DNA of 58,048 nt, the filler included, from Bipalium vagum (taxonomy: Eukaryota): assembly GCA_037834085.1 (NCBI GenBank). It is 3 parts of 3 records of this genome, joined end to end, with 100 filler letters (N's around TTAATTAATTAA, not from the genome) between each part and the next. Parts side by side here need not be neighbours in the genome. Positions count along the whole stretch, not along the records: positions 21,293 to 40,772 come from JBBMKC010002258.1; 2 more parts are not named here. One strand, given 5' to 3'. This document shows, one piece after another, positions 25,690 to 37,860 of this stretch. Both the position numbers and the translations under genes were made by a program. Under the pieces are notes generated by a model. It made no database searches and had not been told where the DNA came from. It saw only the letters and a list, made by a program, of their open reading frames with translations. The stretch's first letter is position 1. Every line of letters starts with the position of its first letter.

Positions 25690-25875
25690 CAGTTTGGTCC
25701 AACGAATTGTCCACCTCTTTAAAAAATCCATAAATTTGTAATTTTGGTAATAAAAGTTAAATAATTTAACAATTATTTAAATAAAATGTGTTTAAATAAG
25801 CTAAATTGTTTATTTTAACGATATTTTGATTTAAATAAAACTATCAGGGGGTGGACAATTCGTTGGACCAAACTG
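25690..25875. mobile_element. Tc1-type MITE, 186 bp, perfect 26-bp TIRs, TA TSD
   Basis: CAGTTTGGTCCAACGAATTGTCCACC at both ends (inverted), flanked by TA. Confidence 0.92.
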
Positions 25876-27439
25876 TATAAAATGAAATAATGCTACCATA
25901 AGGATGCTCCGTGATCTTCCAATGTAATAACATTGACTAAATGACTGTTAAAATTCAAAAATATTGATCACTATTTCTACTTTATAGTAATAAGGGAAAT
26001 CTTCGACGAGAAAACACACATTTTAATAAAGACCTTTTCAAAGTGGATAATATTATGAAAAAACTTTTATGAATCTAAGTTTAGTACTTCGATAACTGAT
26101 ACCGTAAGATAGCACTTTACACTTTTTCTGAGAATAATTGTACTGAAGGTTCTTGACTGTTAATTACATCCATTTTACCCACAGAAAATATTCCAAAGTT
26201 GCTATAATTGGTAACTTTTATTTTTATTATTATTATTTTATTGAAACACAAATTAATTCTGTGATGTTTGTTTTAATTTTCAAAATAATCAATATAAAAC
26301 TCATTTTGTCACAGAACCAAAAGAAGACATTATATTATTATAATAATTTGTTTAAGATTCTTTATCTAGATTTTTTCATAAGCAAATTATATAAATAAAT
26401 TATAACATGGGATTCACAATTTTTGGGAACAATAAGTAAATTGTTTTGAAACATTTTGAATTTCCTTGGTCTGCCCATGTTTTCCAGTTCACCGAAGGTT
26501 TGGTAATGTACATCTCTTAGGTTTGTCTTTTAAAATATGGAGTTGTGAGAATTAAATGTCAGCGACACAGACGTATTGAACAAAATAAAATGATTTTTGA
26601 ATGGAAAAATTGATTTTGTGAAAATCTAAGTTTCGATATTCTCTTATTCTATAAAAGTGCTTTCATTTATTGAATCAGTCATTCGTTATTACTGAGAAAT
26701 GGACATTTTTTCTTATATGCATATAGGTAATACACTTGTACTTGTATTTTTTTATACACAGGGTGTGTAAAAATGACTACCTGATTGTAACGAGTACTTT
26801 TGCAAAATATTTTCAATACAGGGCCAAAACGTTCTGACACAAAACCTATTATATAATATTTTTCAATTAAGTAAAAATAAATAATAACAACAACAATAAT
26901 AATAATAAAAATATTCTGATTAAAGATTGTATTTTTACGGTTTCCGATGATATTCTGATTATCTTCTCTGGTTGTGAGTAAATTTTTATCTTCAAATGTT
27001 CTCCAAAAATGAGTTGATGAAAATTCTGCTGATCTGAAAACCAAAGTATATGTTCTGGCTTTAACAAATCCTTCATGGAAATATTCTAAGGAAATTCTTA
27101 TTTGAGAAAAATGATTAAAAAATATTAATGTCCACATTAAATGACAACATGGTGGTATGAATACTGAAACATCAATATTTAGCGATGCAATTTACGGTTT
27201 CAAGAAAACGTGAAACCACGACAATCTGATTAAGAATTACATTAATACTTTTTCATACAGTAGTATTCTTTCAACATAATCCATATGGTAATCGTCCGAA
27301 TCATTTTTCTATATACATAAAGTTTGAAACATTTTTGTAAAACATTACACACTGATTAATCTATCTAACCTCCATACGATCATTACTTACCGAAGTCTTA
27401 ATCATGTATTCATATTTGTGGTACAATCTTTCAACAATC

Positions 27440-28146
27440 TATCCTTCTTGAGCCGATCAGCTCCTTAGTTCGAAAGGACTAGAGATTTTCGGTTTGGAAG
27501 AGAATTATTACAGCCGATGAAAGTTGGATTTTCTTTCGTAATTCCAATGGAGGAAAGCAATGGCTTCAACCTGGTCAGCCAGCTCAGTAAGTTGTCTCTG
27601 CAAGTCACTTCGAAAAGAAAGTGATGTGTGTTTGGTATTGGTGAGGCCCTGTACATTGGGAATTTGTTTCAGATGGAAAAGGTGTCGATGGCCATCTTTA
27701 TGTCGATCAATTACAACGAGCTTATGACGCTTTGAGTACTTGCTACCCAACACTATTTAATCGCAGTAGACCAATTCTACAGCATGACAATGCCCCAGAT
27801 ACGTCAAGTATTCCGAATCAAAAAATTCAAGAACTGTAAGATATTGTAATCATCCTTCATCCAGAGTATAGACCAGACCTTGCACCTTCTGACTATCATT
27901 TTTTTTCGGTCTCTGTCTCTCTTTTTACGAGGGCGATGTTTCAGTTCACAAAATGAGGTTAAAACTGAAATTCGCCGAATTTTCGCCTCAAAGACGCCAG
28001 ACTGATATTGATATGGGATTTCTCAATTGGCAGAAAGTCATCGAAAATGATGGAATGTATTTCGTTGAAAAACATAATTTGTGTTATAAATGTTTTGTAA
28101 ATAAAATGTTTTCAGATAAACATGAAAGACTTTTGACTCACCCTGA
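27440..28146 (+). mobile_element. Mariner 3' two-thirds, decayed
   Basis: RIITADESW, FEKKVMCVW, LQHDNAP and HPEYRPDLAPSDYHFF. Right TIR ends ..GACTTTTGACTCACCCTGA|TA. Confidence 0.85.
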
Positions 28147-29327
28147 TAGGTGAAAAAATATTTATATATTTCTGTTTTAAACACATCTTTTATTGAGTAA
28201 AAATTTGATTTTTTATTATTTAAAAATAAAAATTATTTATTAATTGCATTTTTAGAATAAAGCACTTATTTTTAAAGGTTTCTGTTAAAGGAGCACATAT
28301 TGTGAGATATAGGACAATATGCTAGATTGGGCGTCTTAAATGAGTCTACTAAATTACAGTTCTGCCAATTCTATAATTTAGGCAGCTAATTAGACTTATC
28401 CCAAAAATTAATGAATTATAGATTTTTCATTAATTATTTTCACATTATACTTAAGAACATTGAAAAAACACTTGTAGTGAACTCTATGAATACTAATCCA
28501 GTAAGATGATAAGCAAATCTGCATATCATAATAATATTTTTATTATTATTTTATTTATTTAAAAAAGACAATTCTAAATAACAAAAGGTTCTTCATAAAT
28601 ATTGTATTCATAAATCATTGAAATCAAAAATTTTTGCCAATAAATTATTTTCAGAACGGTTTTTATAGTTTTTTTTAATAAATAAGATTTTCCAAAGACC
28701 TAAACGTGTCCCATCATTCTTGGTCATGTATAACCATTCGAACAAATACCAGACAAATTGTTATTGTGACATATGATATAAATAATTGGAACATGTCAGG
28801 GTCTGAAGTACACAGGAATGACAAGATACCTTTATTATTATATGGATTTAAATGACAAACATTTCTAATTTAGCTTTCGACACCTATCTTATATTGAACA
28901 TACAAATTTACTTTTATGTTAGATGTGATTTAAATGCATAAGATCTTTTTGTCTATCAAAATTACCGAATTTCGTTCGAACATAGTGTACAACATACATT
29001 CGACATTTCTATTCAAATAATGACTTAGACTTCTATTAACATATATCAGTTTATAATCCATTAACCTAAGCTTTTATTAATAGTTTACTTTGTGACATCA
29101 CAAACCTGAAATACTGAAAATCAGTAAATCCATGGGAATCCCTTATTAATGATGTTTTATTAAATCCTGTATTATATAAATTATTAACTAAACTGTTAAC
29201 CTGAGTTTTTCATTGACAAAAAGAGAAATGTTCAAATTTCCATTGAAAAATCTCGACATAAAAATTGTAAAGGTTGAAATTAAATATTATACAAAATATT
29301 TTAATATTCAATAATTTTCGATATGTA

Positions 29328-30742
29328 TATTGATGGAAAGAAGTATTCGGAAACTTAAATGAAATAGGTTTCGATAATCAAAATCTGTTAAATTTTTGAA
29401 TAAGTCAATAGAAAACTTTTATTGAATTCATGTAGTTTCATAAAAATTCGAAAATTTATAAATTTCATTGGGAAAAAAATATTCTAACAGTGCTTTTTTT
29501 TTAAAATTTCAGCTTCTGATTAAAAAAATGAAATATTGAGCAAAATGAAACCTCTTTCAATAATCTATTTTGCTTAATTATAATTAATTACTTTAAAAAT
29601 TTTTAAATGGCACAACAAAGCCGAGTTAAGTGAAGTAACAAAGACACGAAATAGTGTTTCGTTCTATAAAAACAAAATTAGCTTACGAAAAATTACAAAA
29701 AAAAACTGAATGTAATAAAACAGTTTCAAGCTGGGTCCACTACAAATGAGAAGAGATCAGACAGACCAAAGTCAGTAATAGACTGATAAAACAGAAATAT
29801 TGCTAAAAAGGAATAAAAAATCCACTAATAAGTTATCGCAAACTTGCATAAGACATCGCTTCAACTTCAGAAACTGTTTCATTCAAGACCATTAAAAATT
29901 GATTACATAAAACAGGTTGTTAAGCTAGAGTTCCTAGAAAAAAACTTTTCGTTACTGAAATAAACGGACAAAAAGACTTGAATTTGGTAAAGCTCATATT
30001 GACACTGTTTTCGAATTCTGGTATCATGTTTTATTTACTGAGAAAGGTAAATACAATATTTTTGGTTCTGATATGCAAGACTTTTTTTGGAGAAAATCTA
30101 AGACTGAACGTTTACATCAAAATTACATGCCAACTGTAAGATCTGGAGGTGGTATTGTTATGATTTGGGACTGTATGAGTTCAACTGGTGTAAGTGAACT
30201 TATAATAATAGAAGTGATTATGACTGTTCTGGAGTATGTTAAAATACCACTGGGCAATTTAATTAAGTATTAAAAAACGTTACTTGTTCAAAAAGAATAA
30301 TAATCCGAGCATAAAATACATAGAAATATTTGGTCAGTCTAAGGCTAGAAAAATATTGGTTACTACCATAATCGCCGGGTTTTAACACTATTGGAAATTT
30401 GGAATTGCATTTGGAGAGAAAACTTATGAGGAGTTGGTGAAATCATGGTAACAAATAAAACTACAAAACTATTAGTGAAATCAACGCCTAGAAGATTCCA
30501 GGTATTACTTAGTACTTAGGTACAAAGTTTTAGATTGTTGGTGTCGAAAATCCACTTTGCTTTCAAAAGTTAAAAATATTTTTTCCAGATAAAATTTAGT
30601 TTTACAAACTTTTATGAAAACTATTTGAAATAAATAAATCTTTGTGTTTCTATTGATTTATGTGAAAACCTGAAAGGTTCAGTTAACAAAAACCTGTTTC
30701 AGCTTAAAAAGTGAAATGTACGAAAACTTTTTTCCATCACTG
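29328..30742 (+). mobile_element. Decayed Tc1-like element (DD34E)
   Basis: TIRs TATTGATGGAAAGAAGTATTCG and rc CAGTGATGGAAAAAAGTTTTCG. Motifs VLFTEKGKYNIFGSD, TVRSGGGIVMIWDCMSSTGV and SPGFNTIGNL (cf. SPDLNPIENLW). Confidence 0.88.
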
Positions 30743-31479
30743 AATATATTTTTTGGAGAAAATGACAAATAATCTTTTTTTAAAAATTAAAATATAAACT
30801 GATTGGTTGAAAATCTACTTAAAAATAAAATTAAGAAATTAATAATAATATATAAGTTTTAAATATTGGAAGTTTCTTAAATATATAAATTCTAACATTT
30901 AATAAACGTAAAGAGAATTTTTAAAAATCAAATATTAAAAATTTTCAGGTATTTTTATACTCTGTAACAGTAAATATTCATTTTATATTATTATTATTGA
31001 CTTTATATTTTCCTTTTTATCAAGGTTTTCGAAAATTATTAATGCTTTTCCTTAAAATTTGAATTTATAATAAAAAAATTAAAATCCTTAATTAAAACAA
31101 TAGTAAAATATTATTGAAACTAAAAATATTTTATTAACATTTAAACAATTTTCTGACGGAATATTTCTTTTAAAAATTCTTGATCAATCACATTTTTATA
31201 GATATTTACATTTTACTTTTTTTCTATTTTTATTTTTGTTTTAACTTATTTTCACCTAGAATTTATTTATTTTATTTGAGAACACTATTGAATATTTTTC
31301 ATTTTTATAATTAATGATCAAATTATTTTTTTTCAATATTCGGATTGATTTTGATTTATTTTGAAAATATCAATAGAACTAATCGATGAAAATAATTATT
31401 TTTAATTAGAATTTTATTATTTTATTGAATTAATTTCGAAAAATAAAAAAATGTAGGATTCTTCTGTCTTATAATTTAT

Positions 31480-32280
31480 CATGTCATTTGAAGTCATTAC
31501 CTAAACACACACAAACACGCACACGCGCATACACACTGGTTTTCGTATAAATTAACACACGTCAATGTTCGGGTGATTTTTTTGAACATTACGTTGACAC
31601 GATATTTGTTGGTTAACCTATTATCGTATGAAATCCACAAAGGTTGTTTATAGCCGCCAATGTATTGTTATGGTCAGAGTACGATGCAAATTTGGTAAAG
31701 GTTTTGTTTCAAATGGTTGTGTTACGCTTTCTGGCATAGAATTGGAGTGAATAATAATCAAGAGACTGTATGCTATTGTCGCTGTGTGTGTATGTATGGC
31801 ACGTTCAATGAATTCAATATTAGCCAATGTGTATACATGTGTATTTGTATGTCTGACTGGCTGTGTACGTGTGGAGTGTTGGTAAAATTTTGTAGCGAAT
31901 TCGTTTAATAGTGAAATGGCCGGTTAACTGAGTTAAAGCAATACTTGAGAAGGTGTGCAAAATCAACGCAGAACAAATTGAAAATTGATCAAAGGTTGAT
32001 TAGACTTGTTTTGTCGTCTGTAGGCAACAATAATTTATTGGTGAATGTGTGCATTTATTTGTGTGTGTTTCCGTTTGTATGCATTGATGATGTGATGACA
32101 GGCTGCAATCAATAGAAGTGGCTCCTAAGCGAAGAAATGGCTCATTGTGACGTCGCTGTTGTACTATTGTGCGATTATCGATTTTGTACTGTGTTCATTT
32201 AATGTCATTGTTTCGCTTGTAAATCATTTTAGCGTTCTTTGGAACCAGGAAAGTCTTTATTGTTGAGGTCGGAAAGAAAT
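31480..32280. promoter_or_regulatory. Candidate cis-regulatory module (non-coding, CpG-retaining island)
   Basis: Markedly less AT-rich than the flanks, with CA/GT tracts and no TE or coding motifs. Contains ATGCAAAT (31684), GATCAAAGG (31987), TGACAG (32096), TGACGTC (32148), two GCCAAT and several ATTGT/AACAAT sites. Confidence 0.45.
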
Positions 32281-32639
32281 TTTATGTGGGAACTTTCATA
32301 AAATATTATTTTAAATATTGATTATAGATAAATAATAATTTGATTTTGAAAGTTTTTTTCCAGTCTAAAAATCGATTTTTTTCACCAAATTTAATTTTAA
32401 ATTTTTCCTCTGCAATTTGAGTTTTAAATATTCTGTAACATTGTAAAAAATTTTAGGAAATATGGGTAGGATTTTTTATAACTAATTTTAAATTTATTTA
32501 AGCTGGTGATAAAGAATATAAAAGTTTGGTTGGTAAATATTGAATAGATTGCGTGGAAATGTTTCTTTTGGTTTCAGTAGTTCATAGCACAAAATTCCAT
32601 TAATTAACGTTATATTAACTTACACTCATTTTCAAAAGT

Positions 32640-32970
32640 CCTAGGCAGGTGAAATTTATTAAAGAAAATGTTATGAGTTCATAGAATTTTTGTTTCGGCT
32701 ACAGGGATCCCGCAACAGAGCAATATGACCGTTCTTTGCCTGGTTATCTACTGCAACCAGATTCTTACACTATTTAAGTCGAGTGAAATTACATAGGTAA
32801 TTAAAAATATCGTATCTTCCGAGGAACAATAGTATTTATTTCACCGTATTGCATCTGCGCAAAGACTAATAGTTGAAAACCAAGATTAACCGCTCCCAGG
32901 ATCTTTCCAATAGACTATTCTGACCGCTGAGCTCTATCTCCTGACTAATTTTCAATTAATCTCACAGTCA
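32640..32970 (-). mobile_element. tRNA-derived SINE-like repeat (longer copy)
   Basis: rc begins TGACTGTGAGATTAATTGAAAATTAGTCAGGAGATAGAGCTCAGCGGTCAGA, matching the copy at 53716. It has an A-box and an eroded B-box (GGTTAATC). The 3' end is approximate. Confidence 0.65.
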
Positions 32971-33019
32971 ATTCAAAACATATAGAGAATATTATTAATT
33001 TTAGTTCCAATACTACATG

Positions 33020-33800
33020 ATACGACCGAAGAAAAAATGACTTTACTGTACTTAGAATTTAAAGAGAGATGTCGCTGAAGAAATTGGAAATCAAAAACGA
33101 GTGATTGGATTATTTCTTTGGATCTGCAGTGTTAACAAAACAAATTCAAAAAATTATACAAAACGTCATATGAAATGTGGGAATTTATTACCTGGGTAAC
33201 CTAAAATTAAGCTCAGGAGGGAAAAAACCTATGGAAAAGCTTAGGAAAAGAGTCTTCCCTATCTTTTCAGTAAGATAATTATTTTTTAGATAAATATCTG
33301 TTTTTTAAGAAAACCATTGACCAGTTATCCTCAAACACCAAGTAATACGTTACGAAGAATATACTTAACTCAAACGTTAGAAAGTTTTCAGGAGCATTCT
33401 AAAACGTTTTCTGAATCAAAAAATTGAAACATGTGAAGTTAATTGTTTAAAATAGAATTTATTAGATTGCAAAAGATCCCTAAGGAGTAGTGAAGTTAAG
33501 AAAGTTAAGCTCACAATTTTATCTAGTACAGACTTCTTAATTTGAGCAATTACAATAATTGTCGTCCGGGATGATGGCTTACCTGAAAAAATCAGACTGA
33601 CAATTTTCAGAATTCAATTTCAAGGTAAAATTAGAAGAGAAAAGTCTAAAATAAATTCAACGTTGGATCAGTTTGCCCGATCCGGAAAAGATCTCGCCAA
33701 TGATCTGAACACAAATAACAGAAAATGAAGTGGAGATTATTGTAAGAGATGAGCTTTATGAAACTCGTCAACGGTTTTCTCTTCTTTACGATATTGCGAA
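33020..33800 (+). mobile_element. Decayed RTE-like LINE, 3' RT region
   Basis: Ordered remnants LEFKE/DVA (cf. LDFADDVA), VIGL..SVNKT, EFI-LG (cf. F.YLG) and DDGLPEKI..QGKIRRE..LDQF..KDL (cf. RLPK..GKRRRGRP..W.D..DL). Confidence 0.5.
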
Positions 33801-34699
33801 AAGAAAAACTGTTAATTATCACATTTAATAATATTTTTCATAAATAATTAATAATTTATTATTGTTATTATTTGAAAGAAAAAATTAAATTAGAAAAGTA
33901 GTTTTCATTATGATGTTTTGGTTTTAAATGTGAAGATCCCGGAAAGGAACTTGGAAAACAATATAGTGTATATTTGAAAGAAATAATTATTGGAAAAGAT
34001 ACCAGATTAAGCGTTTCATTACGGTTGGATAAGTGATTTCCGTTTGTTTATGAAAATTTCAGTAACAGATATGTACAATAAAAGTCTTTAAGAGGAACAT
34101 AAGATTTTCACGAGAGTTCTGGTTGATAAGAAATATTGTGAAGATTTATTAAAGATTTTTTATTAATTGTCAACCCTATTCTGTAAAATGTTCGTTTTTC
34201 ATTATGTTGTCTACAGTTTTTACTTAAACGTTTACAATGTGTTTCAACAGGCTTGAAGCGCACCTCAAAAACTATAAACGAGTAGGTTTCTGGGATGGTA
34301 GTAGACTAAGTGTAGTTTTGCATTGGTTTCAGCATTTTCAGCTAACTTTGTTAACATATCAGTATCATTAAAATATAAAACTATTATAGTACATCGAAAT
34401 TAAAACTGTAACTCTCTTGTGATAGGCTTTTCTTATTAAAGAAGAGAATTTTCTCTTTTGAGGTAAACTAAAATAAGCTAACTTTCATTTATAAAGGTCT
34501 TTGGCACTTAACTGAAGTTGAAATTGATTTGTCATGAAATGTTAAATTTTATTTGAGAACCATGTGAAAATTATTGGAACGATTTTTTGATTACATATCA
34601 ATTATTTTAGAAATGAATACCTATACAAATGGATTTAATAGTTTTATTATAGGTAAATCGTTGTGTCAAATTGACGTGTTTTAATTTGGAAAAATTTTT

Positions 34700-35720
34700 G
34701 AATTTTGAAATGGAAGACCAAGAACAACAATCTTTCATATTGAATTATGGATAATTGTTGTTCGAAATGAGAAATGTTGAATCAAAATGTGGTACGGTGT
34801 AGAATTATGTTATGCTTTCGATGTAAATAAAATATGTCAGAAGATTGCAGAACAATTTTTTTAAAAAATAAGAATCAGGATTCCAGAAGACCTTATATTA
34901 ATTATAATGAAGAGAGCGATTGGAATCAATTTCAAAAGACATTAGTAAACGTTGCTATGGTAATATTTCCGACATATCAAATATTACTGAAATCACAAAG
35001 GGTAGTGAGCAAAGAATTTTTGCAGATGAACAATTCGGACATAACCAAAAGAAAAATGTGTCCATTATCTCATAATAGATGATCAGAAAAATAAATGGTT
35101 TTAACTGTGCTGACAATACTGCCGTAACACACTGGAAACATGTGTTGGCATTTATGAAAACTGGTTCAACCTACATTCATTCATTCGCGAAATATATCTC
35201 AGAAAGAAAATTCCTGTGTTATGTATAAAATAATGACAATAACCGCTGTTTCTTTACTCAGCTCTGAAAAGAATTTTAATTGTGTCGTCATTTTGAAATT
35301 CAATCAGAATACGAAGCCCAGCGATCGTCAAAAAATCACAGAAAAGGTTAAGTGTCAAAAGTTGAATTATAATCACTTCTGACTTCATACGAATTGATGC
35401 ATAATGAAATCATCTATGCAGTCTACAGAAAGATGTATTGGTGATCAGACATTTTCTTCTACCTTTGATAATACTCTCTTACATGTTAGTAAAAGTAACT
35501 TGGGAAAATTATATGAATTTTGTGACAGTCTAACTTCAATAGCCACTGCTATCAGTCCGCATAATCTAATGAGTTACAAATTAACGACCTATAATTTTTG
35601 GTCTACCAATTAACTAGCAAAACATTGGACTAAAAAGGAAGAAAAAATAACTCCCTTCGATACGAAGTCTTTAATCGTTGACAAGATTTTTGTTTCTATG
35701 GAAGAGGCTGTCAGTGTTAC
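34700..35720 (+). mobile_element. Possible decayed SWIM-finger DNA transposon (MULE/Kolobok-like)
   Basis: FNCADNTAVTHWKHVLAF at ~35100 resembles CxC..CKHVxA. The surrounding sequence is coding-like with stops. Confidence 0.25.
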
Positions 35721-37399
35721 TCATTAAAGATTAATATTAACATTTTAATCTTGTATATATATTTTAAAAATAAAAATCTTCTTGGTTTTTAAATTTTTTT
35801 TACAAATCCACTTCTTTATGGGATTGAGTAAGTGGTATTCTAAAATAATTTTGAAGAAAATATAAGGTTAAGTTAATATTTGGGAAAACCAATATTTATT
35901 AAACTAAAATATTTTTGAAAGTTGATCCCAATGTTAATTATATCTTAATAACTATTATTATAATTAATAATAATACTTATTCACCAGGACTTTTTTAAAA
36001 TATAATTAACCTAAATCTTGATATTATTTTTTTACTTCTTTTTGCTATTTATATATTAATGTTATAATTATATATAATTCATTATTTCAGTGAATGTTTT
36101 CTTATCAATTTTATGACATATATTCTTCTTTTAGTTATAAATTTATTTTATATTAAGTATCTCATAAAATCTAACTATTAGCTCTACTGAAAAGTTAACT
36201 TATCCATATTTTTTCATTTTTTGCTTTTCTACTATCGATTATCTTAATTATTGATTATCTTTTTGACTTACTTTTAGTTTTTTTATAAAGCAATCATCTG
36301 ATGTACAGGCCTGTTCTTCGTCATATGATTCTTTCGAAAGACTTTTTTTTTAGAATTATAACCAGGTCATATTATTTTAACCATTGGTCGATAAATTAAA
36401 AATCGATTTAAAAATTTTCTTTGGAATTAAAAAATATTATATTAAATATTTTGGTTCAATTTTAACTAAATAAGTAGTTTTTACTCAAAATTAAATTAAT
36501 AATAATTTAATTTAATTAAATTTTAAATAAAATTAATAATATTAAAAATTTTTATTAATATTTTTGACGGTATTATTCAGCAAGCGTTCTTTGACCAAAA
36601 AATGAAATTGATTGAGAGTTGTTACATAAAAGTTGAATTTGCTTTAGTCATTTTCAGTGGTGATCTCTTCTATGTATGATTTTCCAGTAAAAAAACTTAA
36701 AATAATAAAAAAATCACAATCTTATTAAGAAGAAAAGAATTCAAAACACAAATGTCATCCATATTTAAAATGAAAAATTATTGTTTAAAAAAGTAAAAAT
36801 TAAATGAAAAAAAGCGAAGACTCCAGAAATGCCATTTAATGTCAAATGGTTGATTTTCATACTTAAGAGGTCATAGAAATTAAGTAATTAAATATAAAAT
36901 TATTGAGTTAAATAAATGAAGAAGTACACTAAATTCCATTTATTTGTTAATAATTTAATTACATGGAAAACATGTGACATGCGTTTTCGTTCGAGTTGAC
37001 TGATTTTTCCATTCACAAGGAATTGAGTAGAAACCAACAAGATAAATAACCCTATTGAAATCAATAAAGAAATTAAAAAATTTAAGTATACTTTTTTTTT
37101 AAAATAATTTTTTAAAAATATATTGAATTAATTATCTTTTTCAGGATACCATTAGGTAAATAAAAATTGCGAAAACTTTTAAGAGATCCCATATTATACA
37201 TGTGCTTATTTCGTGAAATTTGAATTTGAATTTGAATTTGAAATATGGTAATATTTTAATTTTAACTAACCAGGTTTAGTCTTATTCCCCATTCTTTAGT
37301 TTGATTAGGTCCTACGGTAATTCTAACAAATGAAATATGACAAAATGTGAAAATACGAAATTTATTAAAAGTCAGTACAATATCACGAAAAATATCAAT

Positions 37400-37860
37400 A
37401 TCAGGTTAGTCGCAAAAAAATCCTTTTCAGTCAAGACTTCCCGAATCGTGCGCACACTATATAGATACGTAACTAATATAGTCACCGATCTACTACTACT
37501 CTTTCACTAAACTATTAACAAAAATACCCAATAACAAGTGATTATTAAAATAAAGTAATTATTCTTAATTACTATTATCGATAAAATAGCAATAATAATA
37601 CAAAATAGAATAAAATTGAAGTTAATAAATATAATGTAATAATAAAATATAAAATATAAATTCTCATTGAACAGATAAATCCAGCGACGAATCCCTTATC
37701 GCATCACTAGCCGTTGGTGGAACTCGACGGAACCCGGGTATAACTACAAATAAGAATCCATAATTATCTCTAAGACAAAGTTACCTTTAAGAATAAAACC
37801 CCCACGTCAAATTTTCTCAATAACCATATCTTTTTTGTAAATTATATTATATCTTTTTAT
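37400..37860 (-). mobile_element. Deleted LTR-like relic related to 42850 and 47595
   Basis: rc carries gacgtgggggtttt (cf. gccgtggggatttt) and ctagtgatgcga..gtcgct..tgag (cf. ctagagggcga..tcgct..tgag), followed by a T-rich tract. Boundaries uncertain. Confidence 0.4.
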
